A DNA stretch of 10,572 bases, taken from contig CAZOYL010000093.1 in the NCBI GenBank assembly GCA_964584035.1, forward strand, positions 1 to 10,572, written 5' to 3'. Positions 1 to 6,804 of this stretch are shown piece after piece. Within the stretch, counting starts at the first letter, position 1. Each line of letters begins with the position of its first letter. The notes beneath the pieces were generated by a model. The model did no database searches. It saw only the letters and a list, made by a program, of their open reading frames with translations, and was not told the DNA's origin. The DNA comes from an uncultured Gemmatimonadota bacterium. Lineage in GTDB: Bacteria > SM23-81. Made by a program: the position numbers and the translations under genes.

Positions 1-564
1 GCCGATAATATCGATCGGGCCATAAAGAAGGGCACCGGTGAGCTGCCCGGCGTCACCTATGAAGAGGTCAATTATGAAGGCTATGGTCCCGGAGGAATTG
101 CCCTGTTGCTGGAGGTGGCCACCGACAATAAAAACCGCACCGTGGCCGATATTCGTCATATTCTCACCCGGCGCAACGGACATCTCGGGGAGACCGGCAG
201 CGTGGCCTGGATATTCATACAGAAGGGCCTGATCGCCGTGAACAAGGATGTCTGCGAGGAAGACCAACTCCTGGCCGTGGTCCTGGAGGCCGGTGCCGAG
301 GACATGAAGCTGGAAGAGGATACCTATGAGATCACCACCGCGCCGGCCGATTTCGAGAGTGTCAGAGAAGCGCTCGATGAGAAGAAGATTCCATATACGG
401 TGGCGGAGCTGACCAGGGTCCCTCAGAACACCATCAAGCTGGACGGTAAAAACGCCGAGCAGGCTCTGATCTTGATGGAGGAGCTGGAGGACCATGAAGA
501 CGTCCAGCACGTTTACACCAATTTCGACATCGATGAGGAGATCATCCAGCAGATGAGCGACTGA
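1..564 (+). CDS. yebC: YebC/PmpR (TACO1) family protein, 5'-truncated by the window edge
   Basis: Frame +1 is open from base 1 and reads ADNIDRAIKKGTGELPGVTYEEVNYEGYGPGG...TDNKNRT...GETGSVAWIF...LEDHEDVQHVYTN, all family signatures. The track's start at 106 is internal. Position upstream of ruvC is typical. Confidence 0.96.
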   Translation, partial: ADNIDRAIKKGTGELPGVTYEEVNYEGYGPGGIALLLEVATDNKNRTVADIRHILTRRNGHLGETGSVAWIFIQKGLIAVNKDVCEEDQLLAVVLEAGAEDMKLEEDTYEITTAPADFESVREALDEKKIPYTVAELTRVPQNTIKLDGKNAEQALILMEELEDHEDVQHVYTNFDIDEEIIQQMSD

Positions 565-596
565 GCAGGTCGCTTCATAAGAACGGGGAAGCCGAG

Positions 597-1076
597 ATGA
601 TCATCATGGGCATCGATCCGGGCAGCACCGCGACCGGTTTCGGCCTCATCCGAAGGATTGATAACGGCTGGTGCCTGCTGCACCACGGATGCGTTCGCGC
701 CCGGCGAAGCGAAGCGCTGGCTCGCAAGCTGGGACGCATTTATGCCGATCTGATGGCCGTCATTGATCAGTACCGCCCCGACCTGGTAGTCGTGGAACGG
801 GGCTTCTCCGGCCGCAATCCGCGCACGGCGATGGTCATGGGCCAGGTCCTGGGCATCTCGCTGCTGGCGGCCGCCAATGCCGACCGGCCGGTCCTGGAGT
901 ATTCTCCCCGGGAGGTCAAGCTGGCCGTAACCGGATTCGGCGCGGCTTCCAAGGAGCAGGTGCAGTACATGGTCAAGCAGCTGCTTCAGGCCGAGGATAC
1001 CGATCTGGCCGCGGATGCCTCCGACGCTCTGGCAGTGGCTCTGTGCCACGCCAATAGATTGGATGTGCCGGTATGA
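597..1076 (+). CDS. ruvC: Holliday junction resolvase RuvC
   Basis: N-terminal GIDPG, catalytic Glu in VVERGF, YSPREVKLAVTGFGAASKEQV, and DASDALAVALCH. 159 aa, in yebC-ruvC-ruvA-ruvB order. Confidence 0.97.
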   Translation: MIIMGIDPGSTATGFGLIRRIDNGWCLLHHGCVRARRSEALARKLGRIYADLMAVIDQYRPDLVVVERGFSGRNPRTAMVMGQVLGISLLAAANADRPVLEYSPREVKLAVTGFGAASKEQVQYMVKQLLQAEDTDLAADASDALAVALCHANRLDVPV

Positions 1077-1113
1077 TTATTTATCGCCCCTTTCTGCCGC
1101 CGACGGAGAAACG

Positions 1114-1716
1114 ATGATTGCCTATCTGCAAGGCAAACTGGTCGAGGAGGAACCGACCCATATCGTCGTGGAGAACGGCGGGGTGGGCTATTTCGTCCAG
1201 ATTCCCGTGTCCAGCTACAAGAAGTTTCCCGTCACCTCGAACGGGATCAAGGTCTTCACGCATCTGCATGTTCGTGAGGATGACATGCAGCTGTATGGTT
1301 TCGCCACGGGGGAGGAGCGGCATCTGTTCCGTCTGCTCATCTCCGTCTCGGGTGTCGGCCCGCGGCTGGCCCAGAGCGTGCTCTCGGGCATTTCTGTGGA
1401 ACAGTTCCGGGCCTGCATGGCCCGGGGCGATCTGGCCCCGCTGACGGCCATTCCGGGCGTGGGCAAGAAGACGGCCCAGAGGCTGCTGGTGGACCTCAGG
1501 GATAAGGTCGGCGGCGATGCGGCCGGAGTCGGTGCCGACGGCCTGCCGGGCGCCGAGATCGGATCCCAACGGCAGCGTGATGCCGTCAAAGCCCTGATAT
1601 CGCTGGGCTGCCGGCGGCGTGAGGCCGAACGGCTGATCCGGGCGGTCGAGGAGAGGGAGTCGGAGAGCGAGCTGACTCTTGAGGAGCTGATCCTGAAAGC
1701 CCTGCAGCATGCCTGA
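1114..1716 (+). CDS. ruvA: Holliday junction branch migration protein RuvA
   Basis: Starts MIAYLQGKL at ATG 1114, preceded by GGAG at 1105-1108. Has GGVGY, acidic pin [11 protein letters not shown], and two HhH motifs ([20 protein letters not shown]). 200 aa. Confidence 0.97.
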   Translation: MIAYLQGKLVEEEPTHIVVENGGVGYFVQIPVSSYKKFPVTSNGIKVFTHLHVREDDMQLYGFATGEERHLFRLLISVSGVGPRLAQSVLSGISVEQFRACMARGDLAPLTAIPGVGKKTAQRLLVDLRDKVGGDAAGVGADGLPGAEIGSQRQRDAVKALISLGCRRREAERLIRAVEERESESELTLEELILKALQHA

Positions 1717-1759
1717 ACGTGACAGACAAAGCAGAAAGACCTTTACGGATTGGATATCG

Positions 1760-2779
1760 ATGGAAGAAAAGATCACCGCGCCATATCGCCTGGAGGGCGA
1801 GTTCGAGCTGGACCGCAGCCTGCGGCCGACCCGGTTCGATGATTTCGTCGGCCAGGGCAAGGCCAAGGAGAATCTGCGGGTCTTCGTGGACGCCGCAAAG
1901 CAGCGCCAGGAGCCCCTCGACCACGTCCTGTTCTGCGGCCCCCCGGGTCTGGGCAAGACCACCCTGGCACACATCGTCGCCAATGAGCTGGGCGTCAATG
2001 TACGGCCCACCTCCGGACCGACCCTGCAGAAACCCTTCGATCTGGCCGGCATTCTCAGCAAACTGCGAGAGGGCGAGGTTTTCTTCATTGACGAGATCCA
2101 CCGGCTCAATCCCGCGGTCGAGGAATCGCTGTACTCGGCCATGGAGGATGGTGTCTGCCATGCCGTGCTGGACCGGGGTGTGGGGGCCAAGACGGTCGAT
2201 CTGCACCTCAAGCATTTTACTCTCATCGGGGCCACTACCCGGGCCGGCTTGCTGACCTCGCCGCTGCGTTCCCGCTTCGGTGTCATTTCCCGGCTGGATT
2301 ATTACGGCGCCAAGGATCTGGGCAAGATCGTCCGGCGTTCGGCGCAGATCCTGGAGGTCGAGATCGACGACCGCGGTGCCATGGAGATTGCCCGCCGGGC
2401 CCGGGGAACGCCCCGGGTAGCCAACCGGCTGCTGCGGCGGGTGAGGGATTACGCCCAGATTAAGGCCGACGGGCGGATCAACAGGGAGGTGGCGGCCATG
2501 GCCCTGGCCATGCTGGAGGTGGATGAACTGGGCCTGGATGAGATGGATAAGCGGATCATCATCACCATCCAGGAGAAGTTCGGAGGAGGCCCGGTGGGAT
2601 TGAATACCCTGGCGGTGGCCGTGGGAGAGGCCAAGGACACCATCGAGGAGGTCTACGAACCCTATCTGGTCATGGAGGGTCTCATCCAGCGAACCCCCCG
2701 GGGCCGGGTGACAACCGAGCGGGCCAGGAAACATCTGCATCTTCAGCAGATCGAGGAGGACCAGGGCAAGTTATTTTGA
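1760..2779 (+). CDS. ruvB: Holliday junction branch migration ATPase RuvB
   Basis: [12 protein letters not shown], Walker [10 protein letters not shown], Walker [41 protein letters not shown] and RTPRGR. Start is uncertain: ATG 1760 gives a typical length, ATG 1709 would overlap ruvA by 8 nt. Confidence 0.97.
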   Translation: MEEKITAPYRLEGEFELDRSLRPTRFDDFVGQGKAKENLRVFVDAAKQRQEPLDHVLFCGPPGLGKTTLAHIVANELGVNVRPTSGPTLQKPFDLAGILSKLREGEVFFIDEIHRLNPAVEESLYSAMEDGVCHAVLDRGVGAKTVDLHLKHFTLIGATTRAGLLTSPLRSRFGVISRLDYYGAKDLGKIVRRSAQILEVEIDDRGAMEIARRARGTPRVANRLLRRVRDYAQIKADGRINREVAAMALAMLEVDELGLDEMDKRIIITIQEKFGGGPVGLNTLAVAVGEAKDTIEEVYEPYLVMEGLIQRTPRGRVTTERARKHLHLQQIEEDQGKLF

Positions 2780-2851
2780 TAGCCCAGAACATCATGAACG
2801 CCAATTCTGATCTCTCGACCGTATCCAACCTTTCATGATCACACTCGTGCG

Positions 2852-3262
2852 ATGAATGATCTTCCCCAAGAACTTCAGAAGGCTAAAGTCTTCCACTCCC
2901 ACCTGGGACCCTATCTGGTCGTCGGTCTCAAAATGGGCCGGTGCGTGGTCCGGCGGATGGGAGATGAGCCTTTCTCGATGATCATCGAGGTCTTCACCGG
3001 CCCACGTCCGCCGCTGTCCTGCGTGGTGGACGGCTTGCAGCTGGCCACTCCGTGTACCGTGGGCAATGGTCAGATCCGCATCCGGGAGGGCGGACGGGTG
3101 GTTATCCGGGCCCGGCGCGACGAACAGCAGTTGGAGCTGTCTCTGAAGCCCGAGATGTGGGAACGGATCCGGGCCGCCGAGGGGACCGACCGGTTGGAGG
3201 CTCTGGCAGTGGAGGTATGGGGAATGGAGGAAACTGAGTTGTTCGACGAGAGCAGACCATGA
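2852..3262 (+). CDS. FmdE/FwdE (formylmethanofuran dehydrogenase subunit E) family protein, short single-domain form
   Basis: FHSHLGPYLVVGLKMG, SCVVDGLQLATPCTVGNG and C-terminal EETELF match the FmdE pattern (FHxHxxP..G, CxxDGxQ...CTxGxG). 136 aa, with no C-terminal CxxC zinc finger. Confidence 0.85.
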   Translation: MNDLPQELQKAKVFHSHLGPYLVVGLKMGRCVVRRMGDEPFSMIIEVFTGPRPPLSCVVDGLQLATPCTVGNGQIRIREGGRVVIRARRDEQQLELSLKPEMWERIRAAEGTDRLEALAVEVWGMEETELFDESRP

Positions 3263-3786
3263 ACGACAAGATAGACGCCCGGTTTATCAGCCTGACGGGT
3301 CTGTTGCTGGCCACCGGCGTGATCTTTCCCTTCGTCTTTCATCAGTTCGGGATCGCCGGACGGATCTTTTTGCCGATGCACATACCCGTTTTTCTGGCCG
3401 GTCTGATCCTGGGGCCCTGGGCCGGGTTGCTGGTGGGGGCGCTGAGCCCCGGCTTGAGCGCCATGATCACCGGCATGCCGCCGACCGCCCTGGCCATACC
3501 GATGACGCCGGAGCTGGCCGTTTACGGATTGATCTCCGGGCTGCTGTTTCGGGGCAGCCGGACGAGCCTGTATGTCAGCCTGGTGGGTGCCATGATCGCC
3601 GGCCGGATCGTCTGGTGCCTGATGGCCGTAGCGATCGCCCCCCTGCTGGGTTTTCCGGGCCGAACACTGACCGTCGTTCTGGCTGCCCTGATGGTTGGAT
3701 GGCCGGGCATCATCATCCAGCTGCTTTTTGTGCCGCCGATCGTGGTGAAGATCGGGAAGGCCACCTTGAGAAGAATTGAAGACTGA
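3259..3786 (+). CDS. ECF transporter substrate-binding (S) component, substrate unknown
   Basis: 175 aa, highly hydrophobic with about 5-6 transmembrane stretches. Motif FLPMHIPVFLAGLILGPWAGLLVGALSP...TGMPP and C-terminal GIIIQL are typical of an S-component subfamily. ATGA overlap with the upstream stop. Confidence 0.85.
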   Translation: MNDKIDARFISLTGLLLATGVIFPFVFHQFGIAGRIFLPMHIPVFLAGLILGPWAGLLVGALSPGLSAMITGMPPTALAIPMTPELAVYGLISGLLFRGSRTSLYVSLVGAMIAGRIVWCLMAVAIAPLLGFPGRTLTVVLAALMVGWPGIIIQLLFVPPIVVKIGKATLRRIED

Positions 3787-3795
3787 AGATATGAG

Positions 3796-4839
3796 ATGCA
3801 TCTCAACGATTTCGATTATCAGCTGCCCGAGGAATTGATCGCCCAGCGGCCGCGTCCCCGGCGGGGCCAATCCCGCCTGCTGGTGGTTCATCGAGGGAGC
3901 GGCCGCATCGAGCATAAGCACTTTATCGATCTGCCCGGATATCTTGAGCCCGACGATACCCTGGTGATCAACGAAACCCGGGTGCTGCCGGCCCGGTTGC
4001 TGGGACGCCGGCGGGATACCGGTGGGAAGGTCGAGATCCTCCTGGTGCGTGACCGGGGGGAAGAGCGCTGGCAGTTTCTGGTCAAGCCGTCCCGGCGGGC
4101 CCGCCCGGGGATCGAGTTTTCATTCGGGGACGGGCGGTTGATCTGTGAGGTTGAGGAGCGGGTCGGCTCCGGAGAATGGACCGGCCGGTTCCGCAGCCTG
4201 TCGGATGTGGCAACGGCCCTTCGAGAGCTGGGCCAGATCCCGCTGCCGCCGTATATTCGCCGGCAGCCCGAGGAGAACGACCGGGACCGTTATCAGACCG
4301 TCTATGCCCGTCAAGATGGAGCCGTGGCCGCTCCGACGGCCGGCCTGCATTTCACCCGGGATCTCCTGGAAGGAATTTCCAGCCGGAGGGTGGAGATCGT
4401 TCCCATCCTGCTCCATGTCGGGCCGGGCACCTTCCGGCCGGTGAAGGAGGACGACATCGCCCGGCATCGCATGGAGGCGGAATTCTATCGTATCTCCCCG
4501 TCTGCGGCCGAATCGATCAACCGCACCCGGAACCGGGGAGGGCGGATCGTGGTGGTGGGCACCACCACCGTGCGGGCCCTGGAATCCCGGGCCGCCGGGA
4601 CTGCTGCGAAGGGGGCGCATCTGGAGTCGGGAGAGGGGTGGACCGATCTGTTCATCCATCCGCCCTTTGCCTTCCGCATGACCGATGCCCTGATCACCAA
4701 CTTTCATTTGCCCCGCAGCACTCTGCTGATGCTGGTCTCGGCCCTGGCCGGAGGGGAACTCATCCTGCGAGCCTACCGGGAGGCCGTCGCCGAGCGATAC
4801 CTGTTTTACAGCTACGGCGATGCCATGCTCATTCTGTGA
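3796..4839 (+). CDS. queA: S-adenosylmethionine:tRNA ribosyltransferase-isomerase
   Basis: DFDYQLPEELIAQ, PLPPYI, YQTVYA, GAVAAPTAGLHFT, LHVGPGTFRPV, VGTTTVRALES, TNFHLPRSTLLMLVSA and YSYGDAMLIL. Confidence 0.98.
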   Translation: MHLNDFDYQLPEELIAQRPRPRRGQSRLLVVHRGSGRIEHKHFIDLPGYLEPDDTLVINETRVLPARLLGRRRDTGGKVEILLVRDRGEERWQFLVKPSRRARPGIEFSFGDGRLICEVEERVGSGEWTGRFRSLSDVATALRELGQIPLPPYIRRQPEENDRDRYQTVYARQDGAVAAPTAGLHFTRDLLEGISSRRVEIVPILLHVGPGTFRPVKEDDIARHRMEAEFYRISPSAAESINRTRNRGGRIVVVGTTTVRALESRAAGTAAKGAHLESGEGWTDLFIHPPFAFRMTDALITNFHLPRSTLLMLVSALAGGELILRAYREAVAERYLFYSYGDAMLIL

Positions 4840-4860
4840 TCGCCGCTCAGGGAGAGCGAC

Positions 4861-4867
4861 GAGGAGG
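4861..4867 (+). promoter_or_regulatory. Shine-Dalgarno sequence of ispD
   Basis: GAGGAGG just upstream of ATG 4872. Confidence 0.8.
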
Positions 4868-4871
4868 GGGA

Positions 4872-5582
4872 ATGGCCAAGGACCATCCGCAGACGGCCAC
4901 CGGGTTGATCGTCGCGGCCGGGCGGGGCGTGCGCATGGGCACCGAGACGCCCAAGGTGTTGCTGAAAGTCAGAGACCTGCCCTTGCTGGTGCATACCCTG
5001 AGAGCTTTTGAACAGGCTCGTTCCATCGACCGGGTTATCCTTGTGGCGGCCGAGGATCTGCTGGCCTGGGTGGCTCAGGAAGCGGTCGATGCCCACGGAA
5101 TCCGCAAGGTTCGCCAGATCGTGCCGGGAGGCGCCAGACGGCAGGACTCGGTTCGCCTGGGGCTGCAGGCCCTCCGGCCCGAATGCCGACTGGTGGCCAT
5201 TCATGATGGAGCCCGCCCGCTGATCACGCCCGAATTGATCGACCGGGTGGTGGCTCAGGCCGCCCGGCACGGTGCCGCCGCCCTGGCCGTTCGTCCCGGC
5301 GATACGGTCCGCCGGGGAGAGGGGGAGACCTTCCAGGTAACCCTGGACCGGGATAAACTGTGGCTCATGCAGACGCCCCAGGTTTTCTCCTGCGACCTGA
5401 TCATCTCGGCGCACCGGCAGGCCGTCGAGCGCAAGCTTGACGGCACCGACGATGTGGCTCTGGTGGAGGCCATGGGACATCCGGTCCGCGTGGTGGAAGG
5501 GCATCGCGACAATATCAAGGTGACCACACCTGAGGATTTGCTGTTCGTAGAAGCGGTCCTGTCCAGGAGGGCGAAGAGATGA
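4872..5582 (+). CDS. ispD: 2-C-methyl-D-erythritol 4-phosphate cytidylyltransferase
   Basis: ATG 4872 follows a strong SD (GAGGAGG, 4861-4867). Motifs AAGRGVRMG..PK, GGARRQDSV, HDGARP, QTPQVF, TDD and NIKVTTPEDL. 236 aa. The track's start at 4176 is a spurious extension. Confidence 0.97.
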   Translation: MAKDHPQTATGLIVAAGRGVRMGTETPKVLLKVRDLPLLVHTLRAFEQARSIDRVILVAAEDLLAWVAQEAVDAHGIRKVRQIVPGGARRQDSVRLGLQALRPECRLVAIHDGARPLITPELIDRVVAQAARHGAAALAVRPGDTVRRGEGETFQVTLDRDKLWLMQTPQVFSCDLIISAHRQAVERKLDGTDDVALVEAMGHPVRVVEGHRDNIKVTTPEDLLFVEAVLSRRAKR

Positions 5583-6058
5583 GAGCCGGCCTGGGATATG
5601 ATGTTCACCGGCTGGTCTCCGGGCGCCCCCTGGTGTTGGGCGGGGTGACCGTGCCGTTCGATAAAGGCCTGCTGGGCCATTCCGACGCCGATGTTATCTG
5701 CCATGCCATCGGGGACGCGCTCCTCGGAGCGGCCGCCCTGGGCGATCTGGGGCGCCACTTTCCCGATGATGATGATCGCTGGAAGGATGTCTCCAGCCTC
5801 GAGCTGCTGGGCCGGGTGAGCCTTCTGATGCGGGAAAAGGGATTCGAGATCGTCAACATCGATGCCACCCTGGTGGCCGAACAGCCCCTGATCGGGCCTC
5901 ATGTGCCCCGGATGTGTCAGCACCTGGCCGAAGCGCTGGCCATATCGATCGGGCAGGTCTCGGTCAAGGCCACCACCACCGAAAGGCTGGGCTTCGCCGG
6001 GGCCGGGGAGGGGATGGCGGCCTACGCTGTGGCGGTGATCGAAGAAAGCGATCATTGA
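5579..6058 (+). CDS. ispF: 2-C-methyl-D-erythritol 2,4-cyclodiphosphate synthase
   Basis: GYDVH, GHSDADVICHAIGDALLGA, GDLGRHFP and KATTTERLG. SD AGGAGG at 5565-5570 and ATGA overlap with ispD. Confidence 0.98.
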   Translation: MRAGLGYDVHRLVSGRPLVLGGVTVPFDKGLLGHSDADVICHAIGDALLGAAALGDLGRHFPDDDDRWKDVSSLELLGRVSLLMREKGFEIVNIDATLVAEQPLIGPHVPRMCQHLAEALAISIGQVSVKATTTERLGFAGAGEGMAAYAVAVIEESDH

Positions 6059-6159
6059 AAGAAGAAGCCTCCAGGCCTAACAAGCCCCATCGCATTGGAT
6101 TGATCAGCTCATATTGTCAGGCTTCAGTGTTTTTCCACCCATCACAGCTGACCGGGAAC

Positions 6160-6804
6160 ATGCTCTCCCTCGATAACTTCCTACAGAACCTGTCCGGCTC
6201 CCAGGTCCAGTGGTTCTATCTCATCCTGCTGATCAGCTGCCTGGTGGAAAACCTGTTTCCGCCCTATCCGGGCGATACCGTCATCCTGCTGGCCGGATAC
6301 CTGGCCGGCTCCGGACAGATCATGGCCGGCGGCGGCCTGCTCTGCTCGGTGGCGGGCAGCCTGACCGGAGCCCTGGTCCTGTTCGCTCTGGGATCATCAC
6401 GGGGAAGGACCCTTTTCCGGAAGAAGCGGTTTCGGTTTCTCTCTCCGGACCGGCTCGATCAGGTAGAGGGCTGGTTCGGGAAACATGGCAAGAAGGTCAT
6501 TCTGGCCAGCCGGTTTCTGCCCGGGATCCGGTCTCTGGTGGCCGTGGCGGCCGGGGTTGGCCGGGTTCGAAGGTCCAGCTTTGTCCTCTTCAGCTTGATC
6601 AGCATCCTGGCCTGGAACGGATTGCTGATGTTCCTGGGATGGCAGCTTGGCCAGAATTGGGATGCCGTGGTCCGCTGGATTCGTATCTATAACTGGTTAG
6701 TCATCAGCCTGGTGCTGATCGCGGGACTGGTCTGGTATCTGAGAAAATATGGACCGCTTCGGCCCGGGGACCGTACCGAGATTCACGAGGAGGGGTGCTC
6801 TTGA
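6160..6804 (+). CDS. DedA family membrane protein
   Basis: ENLFPPYPGD acidic re-entrant motif, WFGKHG, ASRFLPGIR arginine motif, and several hydrophobic helices. ATG 6160 gives 214 aa, a typical DedA size. Confidence 0.93.
   Translation: MLSLDNFLQNLSGSQVQWFYLILLISCLVENLFPPYPGDTVILLAGYLAGSGQIMAGGGLLCSVAGSLTGALVLFALGSSRGRTLFRKKRFRFLSPDRLDQVEGWFGKHGKKVILASRFLPGIRSLVAVAAGVGRVRRSSFVLFSLISILAWNGLLMFLGWQLGQNWDAVVRWIRIYNWLVISLVLIAGLVWYLRKYGPLRPGDRTEIHEEGCS

Noticed and set aside
1015..1113. N-terminal extension of RuvA
   Set aside because: It overlaps ruvC. The canonical MIAYLQG start with an SD is at 1114.
565..1113. LexA/SOS box upstream of ruvC or ruvA
   Set aside because: No match to CTGT-N8-ACAG or GAAC-N4-GTTC in the short spacers. 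A lineage-specific box cannot be excluded.
2852..3262. Evidence for methanogenesis or a formylmethanofuran dehydrogenase complex
   Set aside because: No catalytic fmd/fwd subunits are present, FmdE domains are widespread in non-methanogens, and the context is bacterial.
4176..4871. 232-codon in-frame extension of ispD overlapping queA (possible fusion or frameshift product)
   Set aside because: The translation is low-complexity R/P/G, queA has an intact C-terminus and stop, ispD has its own strong SD, and I saw no convincing slippery site.
5765..5776. (GAT)4 microsatellite
   Set aside because: It simply encodes DDDD in the IspF FPD loop and is in frame.
5914..6159. N-terminal extension of the DedA ORF
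   Set aside because: It overlaps ispF by 145 nt and has no DedA character. ATG 6160 gives a normal length.
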